Assembly (NCBI RefSeq): GCF_009914755.1 | Contig: NC_060937.1 | Strand: one strand, 5' to 3' | Origin: the human T2T-CHM13v2.0 reference genome, Homo sapiens | DNA: 64,000 bases | In this document: positions 1-33,441 of the stretch, piece after piece | How positions within the stretch are numbered: the first letter of the stretch is position 1 | How the letters are laid out: each line of letters starts with the position of its first letter | The notes under the pieces: generated by a model | What the model saw: only the letters and a program-made list of their open reading frames with translations | The model's database searches: none | Told to the model about the DNA's origin: nothing | Made by a program: the position numbers and the translations under genes

Positions 1-24
1 ATCAGCATTTAAATCAGTTGACTG

Positions 25-465
<441 letters not shown>

Positions 466-905
466 TCAGTAAACTGAGAAAGTTGATGTGCCCTCACCCA
501 TATGAGTAGGCATTATTCAATACATTGAGGGCTCAAATAGAACAAAAAGGTGAGAGAAGAGCAAATTCCTTTTCCCCCTTCTGGTATGCCATCATCTTCC
601 CTCAGCCATCAGTGCTCCTGACTTGGGCCTTTGACCTTGGAGACTTACACCAGCATGCTCCCCCTCCTCAGGGCTCAGGCCTTAGGGCTTGGATTAGAAG
701 CCACACCAGTGACTCCCCTGGTTCTCGGGTTTTCAGACTGGAACTGAATTACACCACCAGCTTTCCTAGGTCTCCAGATTGCACACAGCATATTGTGGGA
801 CTTCTCAGTCTTCATAATTGAGTGAGCCAATTCCCATAGTAAATCTCCTCTTATATGTCTGTATGTATTTTATTGGTTTTTTTCTTTGGAGAACCCTGAC
901 TAATC
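466..905 (+). mobile_element. MLT2-family LTR (ERVL)
   Basis: Typical MLT2 motifs AATAGAACAAAAAGG, GGGACTTCTCAG..CATAAT..GTGAGCCAATTCC, and the end GGAGAACCCTGACTAA. Confidence 0.8.
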
Positions 906-909
906 AGTG

Positions 910-1150
910 TTATATCTAAGAAACCATTATTTAATCCAAGATTAGAAAGATTTACTCCTCTGTTTTCTTCTAGGAGTTACATGCTTTTAGTTCTTACAGT
1001 TAAGTCTTTGGTACATTTTGAGTTAATTTTTGCATATGGTGTGAAGGAGTTCAACTTCATTCTTTTGCACATAGATATCCAATCATCTCTGCACCAGTTG
1101 TTGAAAGGACTATTCTTTCCCCTGTTCGATTGTTTTGCCACCCTTGTTGA
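910..1150 (-). mobile_element. old L1 ORF2 fragment
   Basis: CATTTTGAGTTAATTTTTG...CACCAGTTGTTGAAAGGACT is typical of antisense L1. Confidence 0.75.
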
Positions 1151-1366
1151 AAATTATACAAGACTTTTTATAACTTGAATTAACAAAGATTTTGACTACA
1201 AAGAATAATCATTCTTAGTTTAATCTTTGTAAATAGGGATAGTCAGAAATCATACCAAGATTTTGAAAATACCTGTATGGATGATTTATGGTTGGAAATA
1301 CCACTGTGAGTTTTTCTATTGACTATTCATTTTATAGTTACTTTTGTAAAAGCCAGTAGTAAAGCC

Positions 1367-1679
<313 letters not shown>

Positions 1680-1820
1680 TCAAGATCTTTGGTTTTTTTT
1701 TTTTTTTAGTATTTTATTTGTTTTAAGGATTCCTACAGAGTTAGCTAACATGGTCCATGTTCATTTCAAATGTATAAATCACCCACTTCAGTATTTTAAG
1801 TTTATAAAAATCTTTAAATG

Positions 1821-4730
<2,910 letters not shown>

Positions 4731-5106
4731 ATTTAAAAATCTTGAAGAAAAGGTTATTTTAAAATAATGTAAATTTGCTAATTAATTCCATGATAATATC
4801 CTTCACTTTAATGAGATTATTCTCATTTTCTGGCACTTACAAAAGAGCTCATTCAACTTTTCAATATATTGAAAAGATATGTCATATAATTTTACAATAT
4901 TTTAACTTCAGTGTTTAATTTTTCATTGAACCAAAAAATTCTACAATAATGTCAAATAGTGAACAAAGTCTTAAAATAACTTCCTTTGACAAGCTTAGAG
5001 AAGCCATTCAAATTTCAAATTATTTTTCATTATCATTGCACAGTTTTGAAATCTATTATCTATTGCTCATAGATTTTTTTTTTTTCTTATTTAAAAATTG
5101 GGGTAA

Positions 5107-5674
<568 letters not shown>

Positions 5675-5786
5675 AGAACAAGCTTGTCCAACCTGTGGCC
5701 CACAGACTGCATGTGGCCCAGGATGGCTTTGAATGTGGCCCAACACAAATTTGCAAATTTGTAAACTTTCCTAAAACATTATGAGA
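5675..5786 (+). mobile_element. MER30 (hAT MITE), 5' half
   Basis: CAAGCTTGTCCAACC...GGCCCAGGATGGCTTTGAATG.GGCCCAACACAAATT. Confidence 0.8.
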
Positions 5787-6761
<975 letters not shown>

Positions 6762-6829
6762 CAGCCTCTCAGACCCACCTTAGACTTCTAAACTCTAGAA
6801 CTATAATATGAGAAAACTGTGTTGTTTTT

Positions 6830-11760
<4,931 letters not shown>

Positions 11761-12699
11761 AAAAAAGAAAAATACTTTGTTTTCTTGTCATGCTAAATTT
11801 ATTGTTTGGGAATTTTTTCAAGAGAAGACCAGGTCTTCTCTTGAACTCTTTAAACTATAAACTTTATATTCCTAGAACGTTCCTCTGTTGACCACATACC
11901 TACCTTTCACACACCATCACTGGTAGGGAGGATTGGTGAGAGGCTCTCCTCTTTACACAAGGAATGTCCGTTATTTGACCAGCAGAGCTTAAGATCAACC
12001 AGGGAGATCATGATGTCATCAAGTTAATAGGAAGCAGGAGAGGATATTGATTAAAAGGGCTGACTGACATTGTAGAGGCATGGTCTCAAAAGCCTTCAAG
12101 GGAGATAGGCACTGCCACTCCTGAAGGATTGCCTGACATGAGGTGCAGAGCCTGTGTGTTGTGGGGTGACTGCATTGAGTGTCAGTGACATGAGGTACAT
12201 GGGGTGCTGTAGGATACACAGATCCACACACATGGCTCAAGCTCAAGGGTTGATAGTGAACCACAGGTAGCCCAGAGCCAAGAGTTATTAAAAATCAGCA
12301 TGTTATCACCATTTGACAACCCAATCTTGCACAATCTCTGGAAAGAAATACTGTGCCAACAGGAGCAATTCACTTTCCAGGTCTCCTTTTTGGATTCCAG
12401 CTCTGATTTTTGTATCTTCTCAGGGCATCTGGTCCATCCCAAGTATGGGATAGAGGGTTGTAGATTACCCCAAAAGGAAAAAGCAGAAACTAGGACACAC
12501 ACAGGTCCCAGTGTGGGATGGGGGCACCTCACGTGGATGGATCTGATAGCCCTTGTCAGTCCCAGGGATCAGAGGGAGACTCAGAAAACTGTGAGGAAGA
12601 TACCCCAAAATACAGGGCCCCCTGGAACAAGGAAGCCAGGGAAGAGTGCCCTGCTGCCTAGATTGAAGGGCTGAAGTAATTTTAGGGCAACAAAGTTGA

Positions 12700-13008
12700 T
12701 GATAGAAAGTTCTCTATTACTGAAGAATTCTAGTGGTTAAAGGAACTAATGAAATAATGGATCATTAATGTATGGTAAAACTATAACCTGAATAAGCCTA
12801 GTATCACTAAAAGTGGAAAACCTGACATTGTGTCTCCTAATGTGATGCAATAAGAAAACAGCACCACTTGCAAAGTATTCCTGCCTTAAAAGCTGAACCT
12901 GAATCTGATGAAATTTCTATATTTATTTTTCAGTCTATAAAAAATATGGGGGTAAAGAACAAGTTAAATAACTGTTAGAGTGCAGTCAGCTAAATACAGA
13001 ATGTGGGA
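12700..13008 (+). mobile_element. old L1M (L1MC-like) 3'UTR fragment
   Basis: GTATTCCTGCC..AAAAG.TGAACCTGAATCT and AAAT.CAGAATGTGGGA motifs. Confidence 0.55.
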
Positions 13009-13009
13009 C

Positions 13010-13473
13010 TGTCAAGAGCTGTGCAAGGCCTGGGATTTTGCCCCACTTATAAACTAACAAGTTAGCCTGTTTTGGTTTCATGGATGCTGGCAGGAGACAG
13101 AAGATTCCTGAGTCAGAGACAAAGGATTTTATTGCCCACAGCAAAAGTAGTATTCAGAACTTCGTGTTTGTTTGTGTCAGTCTCCATGCCCCACAAAGCT
13201 TATTGGAAGTGACACAAAGGGCTCGTGATGGATGCCTTAGAATGTAGTTGGTTGCATTAGAGGAAAGAAACACTGAGTTTGGGGCATTCATTGTTTTTAA
13301 GGCAAGTGGAAGCCAGCCTGCTGTTTCGGGGAGATATTACCCCATCCTTCAGGTTTGCTTGCTGCAAACACAATCTTGAGAAATGGCCCTGGTAAAGAAT
13401 GGTCAGGGCTTTGCATTCTTGGTATGCCTAGCAAAAATATATGGGGATACTCAAGGCCAGTGACAGATTGCCT
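13010..13473 (-). mobile_element. LTR40-family LTR (ERVL)
   Basis: CTAACAAGTTAGCCTG...TTTCATGGATGCTGGCAG...GTCAGAGACAAAGGA; the minus strand ends in TTGACA. Confidence 0.7.
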
Positions 13474-13599
13474 GTTGGAAAAATACACCCCTTAGCCCAA
13501 TATGTTCTTGACCAAACTTGAGTTTTTACACAAGCTTGCCACTCCATCAGCCACTCTGACTAATATGACCAGAGAGGTTGGGAGCAAAACCATTTCATT

Positions 13600-14180
13600 T
13601 GTCTCTCCTAGGAGTTTTATAGTTTCAGGTCTTATGTTCAGGCCTTTAACACATTTTGAATTAATTTTTGTACATGGTGTAAAGTCATTTTTTAAAATTT
13701 GGACGTAATCAGTTTTCCCAACATCATTTGTTGAAGAGACTAGTCTCTCCCCCATTTTGTGGCCTTGGCACCCTCGTCAAATATCATTTGACAATATATG
13801 TGAGGGCTTATTTCTGGGCTAATTCTTCTGTTCCATTGGTCTGTGTGTCTGTCTTTATGTCAGTATAATACTATTTTGATTACTGTAGCTTTGTGATATC
13901 TTTCAAAATAGGAAGTATGAGACCTCCAGCTTTGTTTTTCTTCCTAAAGATTTTTTTGGCTATATGGGATTCTTTGAGACTTTATATGCATTTCAGGGTT
14001 TTTAAATTTTTTCTGCAAAAACAAAAAGCCATTGGAATTTTGATGGGAATTGCATTTAATTTATAGATCACTTTGGGTAGTATTGTTATTTTAACAATAT
14101 TAAGCCTTCCAATCCATGAACATGGGATGTCTTTCCATTTATTTGTATCTTCTTAAATTTTTTAAAGTGATGTTTTGTAG
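13600..14180 (-). mobile_element. L1M ORF2 fragment
   Basis: Antisense L1: TTTTGATTACTGTAGCTTTG and CCAATCCATGAACATGGGATGTCTTTCC. Confidence 0.85.
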
Positions 14181-14624
14181 CAGTGATACAAGAAACAGGA
14201 GGGATGAATTAATGATATTTTATTATTACAAGATATACTACCCATGATGTAGTACAGTGTTATTTGAAAGTGGACTTGCATTAATTATAAATGTATACTG
14301 CAAACTCTAGGGCAACCACTAAAGAAAGTAAAAAAAGAAGTATAAGTGACATGCCAGGAAGGAAGAGAACATGGAATCATATAAAGTGCTCAATTAAAAC
14401 CACAAAAAGCAGAAAAACAGTGGAAAACAAAAACAGGAATAAAAAACAAGGGCAACAAATAGAAAGCAGTAACAAATATGATATATTAATCCAACTATAT
14501 CTATAATGACTGTAAATGTTAATGATCTAAATTTTACTAAGACAAAGATTGAGTAGATCTAAAAACAAGACCTAACTATATGTTGTCTACAAGAAACACA
14601 TTTTATCCCAGGCACAATGGCTCA

Positions 14625-14999
<375 letters not shown>

Positions 15000-15204
15000 C
15001 TATACTAATTAAGAGAAAGTGGAAGTAGCTATATTAATTTTAGGCAGAGCAAACTTCAGAGCAAGGACAGATATCAGGGATAAGGAGGGAAATTACATAA
15101 TGAAACAGCATTCAATACCCCAAGAAGACATAATCATTCTTTTTTTTTTTTTTTTTTGAGATAGAGTTTTTCTCTGTCACCCAGGCTGAAGTACAATGGT
15201 ATAA

Positions 15205-15318
<114 letters not shown>

Positions 15319-15386
15319 TAGTTTTTAGTAAAAATTGGGTTTCACCATGTGGGCTAGGCTGGTCTTGAACTTCTGACCTCAGGTGA

Positions 15387-16097
<711 letters not shown>

Positions 16098-16338
16098 TAG
16101 CCAGGATGGTCTCGATCTCCTGACCTCGTGATCCACCTGTCTCAGCCTCCCAGATTAAACAACATACGTCTAAGTAATATATGAGTGAAAGAAAAAGTCT
16201 GATGAAGAGAGTTAAAAATATTTGAAATAAATGAAAATATAACTTATCAAAATGTCTAAGATACAGCAAAAGCAGTGCTTAGAAATTTATAGTATTGAAT
16301 ACATATATTAGAAAAGAAGATTTAAAATCATTAATCCA

Positions 16339-16451
16339 GCTTTCAGCTTTTAGCTCAGAGAAGGCCAAGGTGCAACTTTCTTCAGTTGTCATGAATCTGA
16401 GTTCATACAACACCAGCCATCTCCACCATGCCATCGAAGAAAAAAGTAAAA
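16339..16451 (+). pseudogene. retroposed fragment of the RPL12 mRNA 5' end
   Basis: GCTTTCAGCTTTTAGCTCAGAGAAGGCCAAGGTGCAACTTTCTTCAGTTGTC...CACCAGCCATCTCCACCATGCCATCGAAG resembles the recalled RPL12 5'UTR plus ATG CCG CCG AAG, with CpG decay. A-rich tail at 16440-16451; TSD at 16323-16338 and 16452-16467. Confidence 0.8.
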
Positions 16452-19084
16452 TAAAATAATTAATCCAATATTCTGCCTTAGGAAACTAGAAAAAGAAGAG
16501 CAAATTAAATCCAAATAAGCAGAATAAAATAAATGAAAATTATAGCAGAAATCAATGAAACTGGAAGCAGAAAACCAATAGAGAAAAATAACACGACCAA
16601 AATCTAGTTTAAAAAAAATCAATATAGTTGATAAACCTCTAGCCAGGCTTACTAAGAAAAAGAGAAGACACAATTACTAATATCAGAAGTGAAAGAGAAG
16701 CATCACTACAGATCCCATGGACACTAAAAGAATAATAAAGGAATATTATTAATAACTCTATGTCCACACATTTGATAACCTACTTAAAGACACAATCTGC
16801 CAAAATTAACACAAAAAGAAATCAATACTTTTAATAAACCTATATTGATTAAAAAAATTGGATTAATAACTAATAAACTTCCAAAACAGAAATCACCAGA
16901 CTCACATGGATTCATTAGTGAATTCTATCAAACATTTAAGGAAGAAATTATACCAATCCTATACAATCTGTTCCAGAAGACAGAAGCAGAGGGGATACTT
17001 CCTAAATCATTCTATGAGGCTGGCATTACCCTAATATTCAAATTAGACAAAGACATTACAAGAGCCGGGTGCAGTGGCTCACACCTGTAATCCCACACTT
17101 TGGGAGGCTATGGTGGGAGGATCACTTGAGTTCAGGAGTTCAAGACCAGCTTGGGCAACATAGCAAGACCTCATCTCTACTTTAAAAAAAAAAAAAAAGT
17201 AGCTGGTATGGTGGCACACACCTGTAGTCCCAGCTACTCGGAAAGCTGAAGTGGGAGGATCACTTGAGCCCAGGAGATCAACCCTGCAGGGAGCTATGAT
17301 CATGCCACTGCACTCTAGTTTAGGCAGCAGAGTGAGTCCTTGTCTCAGAAAAAAAAAAAATACAAGAAAAGAAAACAATAGAGTAATATCTCTCATGAAC
17401 ATAGATTCAAAAATCCTGAACAAAATACTAGCAAGTTGAATCCAACAATGTAAAGAAAGAATTACACATCATGGTCAAGTGGAATTTATCCAAGGTAGGC
17501 AAGGCTAGTTCAACATTTGAAAATCAATTAATGTAATCCATCACAACAACAGGCTAAAGAAGAAAAATCACATGGTCATATAAATAGATGCAGAAAAAGC
17601 ATTTGACAAAAAAAAAACATTTCATGATTGGAAAAACTCACAATAAATTGAGAATAGAGATGAACTTGCTCAACTTGATGAAGAACATCTGCCAAAAAAC
17701 CTACAGCTAACATTATACTTCATGGTGAGAAACTTGAAGATTTTCTCACACTATCAGGGACATTGCAAATATGTCCCTTCTCACCACTGCTTTTCAACAT
17801 CATACTGGAAGTCCTAGCTAATGCAAGAACACAAGAAAAAGAAATAAAAGGCATATAGATTGGGAAGGAAGAAGTAAAATTATCTTTGTTTGCAGATGAC
17901 ATGATTGTAGAAATCCAAAAGAATCAACAAACAACCCTCCTTGAACTAATAAGCAATTATAGAGGGTTGTAGGATACAAAGTTAATGTACAAAAGCCAAT
18001 TGCCTTCTGATACACTGTAAGCAATGAACAAGCAGAATTTGAAATTAAAAACACAATACCATTTATATCCTTCTGAAAAGAAATAGGTATAAATCTTAAC
18101 AAAATATGTGGAAGATCTATATAAGAAAAACTACAAAACTCTGATGAAAAATATCAAAGAAGACTTAAATAAATGGAGATATAGTCCATGTTCATGGATA
18201 GGAAGACCCAGTGTTGTTGAGATGTCAGTTCTGAACTGGATCTATAGATTCAATGCAATCCCAATCAAAATCCAGTCAAGTTACTTTGTGGATGTTGATA
18301 AACTAATTCTAAAGTTTATGTGAAGAGGCAAAGACACAGAATAGCTAACTCAACAATAAAGGAGAAGAGTTAGAGGACTGATAGTACCCAACTTACTAGA
18401 CTTACTAGAGGTCCCGCATGGTGGCTCACACCTATAATCCCGACTACTCTAAAGTCTGAGGTGGGAGGATCACTTGAGCCCAGGAGTTGATGTTGATAAA
18501 CTGATTCTAAAGTTTATGTGAAGAGGCAAAGACATAGAATAGCCAACTCAACAATAAAGGAGGAGAACAGTTAGAGGACTGATAGTACCCAACTTACTAG
18601 AGTTACTAGAGGTCAGGCATGGTGGCTCACACCTATAATCCTGACTACTCAAAAGGCTGAGGTAGGAGGATCATTTGAGCCCAGGAGTTCAAGATCAGCC
18701 TGAGCAACATAGAAAGACCTGGTTTCTAACAAGTTAAAAAAAAAAAAAAAAAAAAAAAAAAGACTTATAGAAAGCTGCAGTAATCAAGACAGTGTGATAT
18801 TCGTGAAATAGATCAATGAAACAGAACAGAGAGCCCAGAAAAAAACCCACATAAACAGAGCCAACTAACCTTCAACAAGGGAGAAAAGGCAATACAATGG
18901 AGCAAAGATAGTCTTTTCAACAAATGGTTCTGGAACAACTGGACATCCATGTGCAAAAAATAAACTTAAACATGGACTTTAAACCCTTCCCAAAAATTAA
19001 CTCAAAATGAATCACAGACCTAAATGTAAAATGCAAACTATAAAACTCCTATAAAATAACAGAGAAAAACTTAGATGACTTTGC

Positions 19085-19722
<638 letters not shown>

Positions 19723-21068
19723 TAGCCAGGATGGTCTCGATCTCCTGACCTCATGATCTGCCCGCCTTGGCCTCCCAAAGTGCTGGGATTACAGGCATGA
19801 GCCACTGCGCCTGGCTGGTGATAACTTTTTAGATCCAATACCAAAATTATAGTTCATGAAAGAAACAATTGATAAGCTGAACTTCAACAAAATTAAAACT
19901 TCTGCTCTGCAAAAGACAACGTCAAGAGAATGAGAAGAGAAGCCACAGACTGGGAGAAAATATTTGCAAAAGAACCATCTGACAAAGGACTCTTATCCAA
20001 AATACACAAAGAAATCTTAAAATTCAACAATAAGAAAATGAGCAGCCCAATTAAAAAATGGGCAAAAGACCTGAACAGACACCTAATCAAAGAAGATATA
20101 CAGATAGCAAGTAAACATATGAAAAGATTTAAACATATTACATCATTAGAGAATTGCAAATAAAAACAATGGGCTATCACTACACATGTATTAGAATAAC
20201 TAAAATCCAAAACACTGACAATACCAAATAATGGCAAGGACATGGAGCAACAGGAATATTAATCCTTGCTGATGGGAATACAAAATGGTACAGCTTCCTC
20301 AGAAGACAGCAGCTTCTTATAAAACTAAAAAGTTATAAAACTTTTACCATACGATCCAGCAATGCACGCCTTATTATTTACCCAAATAAACTGAAAATTT
20401 GTGTCCACACAAACACCTGCACATGGATGTACATAGAAGCTTTATTCATAGTCGCCAAAAGTTGGAAGCAACCAAGATGTCCTTCAGTAAGTGAATGATA
20501 AATAAACTGAGGTATATCTAGACAATGGAATATTATTTAGCAGTAAAAAGAAATGAGATATCAAGCCATAAAAAGACATGGAAGAAACAAATGCTTATCA
20601 CTGAGTGAAATAAGCTGATCTAAAAGGCTGCATACTGTATGACACCAACTATATGACATTCTGGAAAAGACACAACTATGGAGACAATAAAAAGATCAGT
20701 GGTTGTCAGGGGTTGGGAGAAAGGGAGGTATGAATAGGTGAAACACGGGACTTTTTTAGGGCAGTGAAACAATGCTGTATAATACTGCAATGGTGAATAT
20801 GTCATTATACATTTGTCAAAATTCATAGAAAGTATAACACCAAGAACGAACACTACTGTAAAGTATGGACTTTGGGTGATAATGATGTGTAATTGTAGGG
20901 CCATCAGTTGTAACAAGTGTACCATTATGGTATGGGATGCTGATAGTTGGGGAGATTGTGTTGTGGGGGAACAGGGTATATGGGAACTCTCTGTATTTTC
21001 TGCTCAATTTGGCTATAAACCTAAAACTGATCTAAAAACTAAAGGTTATTAATTAAGGACCAAATGAG

Positions 21069-24520
<3,452 letters not shown>

Positions 24521-24644
24521 GTGTATTTTAATACGGTATTTTTTAATGATATCACAATGTCCAGGTACTGCACAGATGAGACTGAAGTTCCACGTTCTAA
24601 AGCCAGAAGCTGCATCTGAAATGTTGCATAGAAAACTGCTCATT

Positions 24645-26580
<1,936 letters not shown>

Positions 26581-27000
26581 GAAATTTCTGAAGTGATAGT
26601 AATGTTCTATGTCTCGATAGCAATTTGGGATACAAAGGTATAGGCATTTATTATTATTAAAACTTGGAAATTTACACACAAGCACATAAGATTTATACAT
26701 TTCATTGTATACATATTTTACTTCAAAAGAAAAAAGTCAACAAATATTTAACCTAGTCAATGATATACATGCTGAGTTATTTAGGCGGAAGTCTACTGAT
26801 GTCTACAATTTACTTTTAAATGCGCCCAAAAAAAAAAAAACAGGGATTGACGAATGCTTAGAGAAAGGTACAGACATGTGATAAGCCAACTATAGTGAAA
26901 TGTTAGTGGTAGTCTACATGGTAGGTATATGCTGTTCACTATAAAATTTTTTCAACTTTGCTCTGTTTGCAAATTTTCACAATAATATATTGGGGAAATG
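26581..27000 (+). mobile_element. old L1ME/MD 3' end
   Basis: GTGATAGTAATGTTCTATGTCT, TACTGATGTCTACAATTTACTTT, TTCAACTTTGCT.TGTTTG. Confidence 0.65.
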
Positions 27001-27024
27001 TCTAGAAATGTGATGCTACCCTAG

Positions 27025-30002
<2,978 letters not shown>

Positions 30003-30119
30003 TGATGGAGACCTCAAAGAGCTCACTGCATAGGACTGACCCCAGGTTGCCTTTATATTTCCTGCATTTTTCTCCTGTTGCTCTTCAGAGAAGCTGTATG
30101 ATATAAATGAATGAATGAA

Positions 30120-30243
30120 TGTGTGTGTGTGTACACACACATATATCTCCATTCAAAAGCTATAGCACATGCATGTTTGTGTGTATGTGTATATATGTGC
30201 ATGTATATAAGTATATATGCATACACACATATACACACACACA
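30120..30243. repeat. degenerate (TG/TA/CA)n microsatellite
   Basis: Alternating purine-pyrimidine run. Confidence 0.8.
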
Positions 30244-31998
30244 AAGGTACAGAAAATATATATCTTGTGACTAAAATTCCCTGAACTACCAGTAACTCCA
30301 GAAATTCTATTCTGGAAAACAATGGCTAACATCTAATTCATTATCTTAGAATTATCACAAAAGGAATATGAAAATGTGGTTTCTAGTGCAATGCAGTTAA
30401 GATAGGTATTCTTGTAGGCCATGGTTCCAAGAAATTTGTTTGACAACTGTACTGAGTAGTATATTTCTCCACTTCCTTTATTTTTTTCCCTTACCTTTTT
30501 TGAAAAAAAAAAAATGAAGAAAAATGTGTTCCTCTTTCAAGTTCTTTTTCTCTCCTGGCTTATACAGTATGTTACCAGCAGAACTTTCTCTAAAATGAAA
30601 GGAAGTCATTGCTAAGAAGAGACAAAAAGTTAACAGGATTAAGGGAGTAAAAAGGCACATGGAATTTCTGGGTGTGTCCAGAATCTGAGAAGATTTGAAA
30701 AGAGGAGCAGAAAGAATTTTTGTATTTTAGAAGTTGAGGGGCCCTCCTGGCCTAGTTTGAAAAACACAATCAGATACAATTTGAAAAAAGTCCAACAAAA
30801 TCTAGTGGGAAGATAAGCTAGAATCTTGTTACAAAAAGTGTCACGGGCCTTGGTTGTATATTTTAAATGAACTTCTTAATTTCATATCAAAATGCGTAGA
30901 TACCTCCTGACCCCCATTCTTGCCCTCCTCCATTTCCCTGTTAAATCCTGACCTTTCTCTGTAGACCTTCCCATTTCCACCCTGGAGGTCTGGCTGTCAG
31001 GACTACTCTCAGGTTGCCTGGGTCTCCACGGTGGCACCCATTAGCCGTGTTGCTTCTGGGCAGGGCATCTGTTTCTGTGCAAAGAGAAAATGCTAGGGTG
31101 AGTCACCAGTCCTTCTCTCCTAACAAAAAAGCATTGTACTGTACAGTTTGATTTCGGCTCTTGTGTGCAACTTGTGATTGCAAACTAATGGGGACATGAG
31201 GCACAGCTCCAGTGACACACCTCTCAGGTTGCATTATAATGATCTGATTGGGATGTACCCCATTAGACCGTGAGATCCTTTAAGCCTAGGATGCTTTTAT
31301 TTTTGTGTTCCCAGCCCTAAGCACACTGTGCCTAGCTCAGGGTAAGCACTAAACAAATGTTTCTTGATGAGAATGCTACAGGAGGAAGGGAAGGGTTGTA
31401 CTCTACACAAAGAGCGGAAAAGCTACCCTTTAAGAAAGAGACTCATCTTCGCATGGCCTGCAGAGGGCGCTCTTGCATCATAGCTATACCATGCATCCTT
31501 TGCCCATCACTGGTTTCCTTGAGCAGTACCTTTTTGGTAAAACCACAGGTGTGAGACTTTGGAAATTTAGACTTAAACCTGCCCAAACACATTAGAATAT
31601 CATCAGTTGCACAGAACAAATCCACATTACAATTATTCCAAAGGGACAAGAACATTCCAGAATTTGCTTAAAGAATACTAAGCCATGACATCTCAGAAAG
31701 TCAAACCTAAAGAAGAAAAATTGCCTGGTTAGTCTTCCGGGAAATGTTAATAATTCTTAAATTTGGAAGGCTCCTTATACTCACTTGATGAGCCAGTTCA
31801 TCTAATCCAACTACCTCATTTCTCAGATGAGGAAACTGAAGTTTATAAAATTCCTCAAGGTGATGTATCTACAGAAAAATTATACTCTCAATTCAGGCTT
31901 TAGATGTGTGTTGAAAACATGGCAAGGTGTCCATTTGGAAAAAATGCACCTAGAGCTTTCTCTCTCTCTCCCTCTCCTTATTTAAATAGAAAGATTTA

Positions 31999-32307
<309 letters not shown>

Positions 32308-33287
32308 GTACTGTAGTAACTGCTGAATAAAATACATAAGACTGGAAAGACACTATTTTAATGGTGAATCTGGACAGCACTCCAAGGGTACATTTTAACA
32401 GGTTGGAAGTAGGCTTTTAACATATTATGGGGGGGATCAACTGAGTAATAAATAACACAGAATTAAAAAGTGTTGGTTAGCCAAACTGACCATCAAATTG
32501 AGAGCCAAAAAGCCATTAAGTTATGATTCTGGACAAGGCTCTGATTGCCACAGTTCAGAAAAGTTATTTGACATCTTTTTCACATTGTTAAGCTTAAAAA
32601 ACAAACCCAAACTCAAATCCCCAAACCCTCAAAGCATCAAGTGCTTGAAGCATTTCTAATATACCTTCCGCATCAACCCTCACCTCCTTCTTGTTTCAGA
32701 GAAACCATGATCCTCCTCCAGGCTGGTTCTTAATCAGCACCCCCTCCCTTCCCTGGGTGCCTCCCATTTGTAGGCAGCCATTATTGGGCTGTATTCTGGT
32801 TGTGTTGAGGCTGGCAGGAAAGAGGAACAAGGATAGCATGTTCATGTGGTGTGAGTGGTCTCAGCTTCTAGGCATGCTGGGGGAAAGGGCAGTCCTGTGG
32901 CCCTGTGAGAGGCCCACTCAGACCCTGGCCAGCTCTAAGGGCTAAAGCAGCTCTGAGGTGTAGCACTTCACTTCCATCGGTTTTAGAGGCCCTACCTGGG
33001 GAGAAAAACGGCAGAAAAGCAGCCCTCAAAGAAATGCTACCATGGGATATGGCCTCAAGAGAGGAGCCTCAGCCTGAGATGAGTTGGGGGGTGGCCTTGA
33101 AGAAAAGAGGCCCTGGCTTCAGGGGCGTGGGGGAAGACAGATAAGGTGTTGGAAGGAAGCCACTCAGGATTCTTTGGAAAGCGAGGACAGTGAAGTTGGA
33201 GATTAAGGACCCGTAAACAGGGCAAATTACAGGAATTCTCCCCAGCCAACGGGAAGGGAAGGGCAGGGCCTGAGCACTTTCCTGGCC

Positions 33288-33441
33288 TCTCAAATTTGAA
33301 GATGCCTGGGGGTCACTGGGGAATCTTGTTGAAATGCAGAATCTGATCCAATAAGTCTAGAATCCTGCCTCAGATTCTGGATTTCTACCAAGCTCCCTGG
33401 TGAGGCTGCAGGTTCTTAGGCCCCACTTTCAGAAGCAAGGG
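33288..33441. mobile_element. MER5A-like hAT MITE (similar copy at ~40075-40237)
   Basis: CTTGTTGAAATGCAGA.TCTGAT...TTTCTA.CAAGCTCCC.GGTGA...CCACTTT. Confidence 0.65.
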
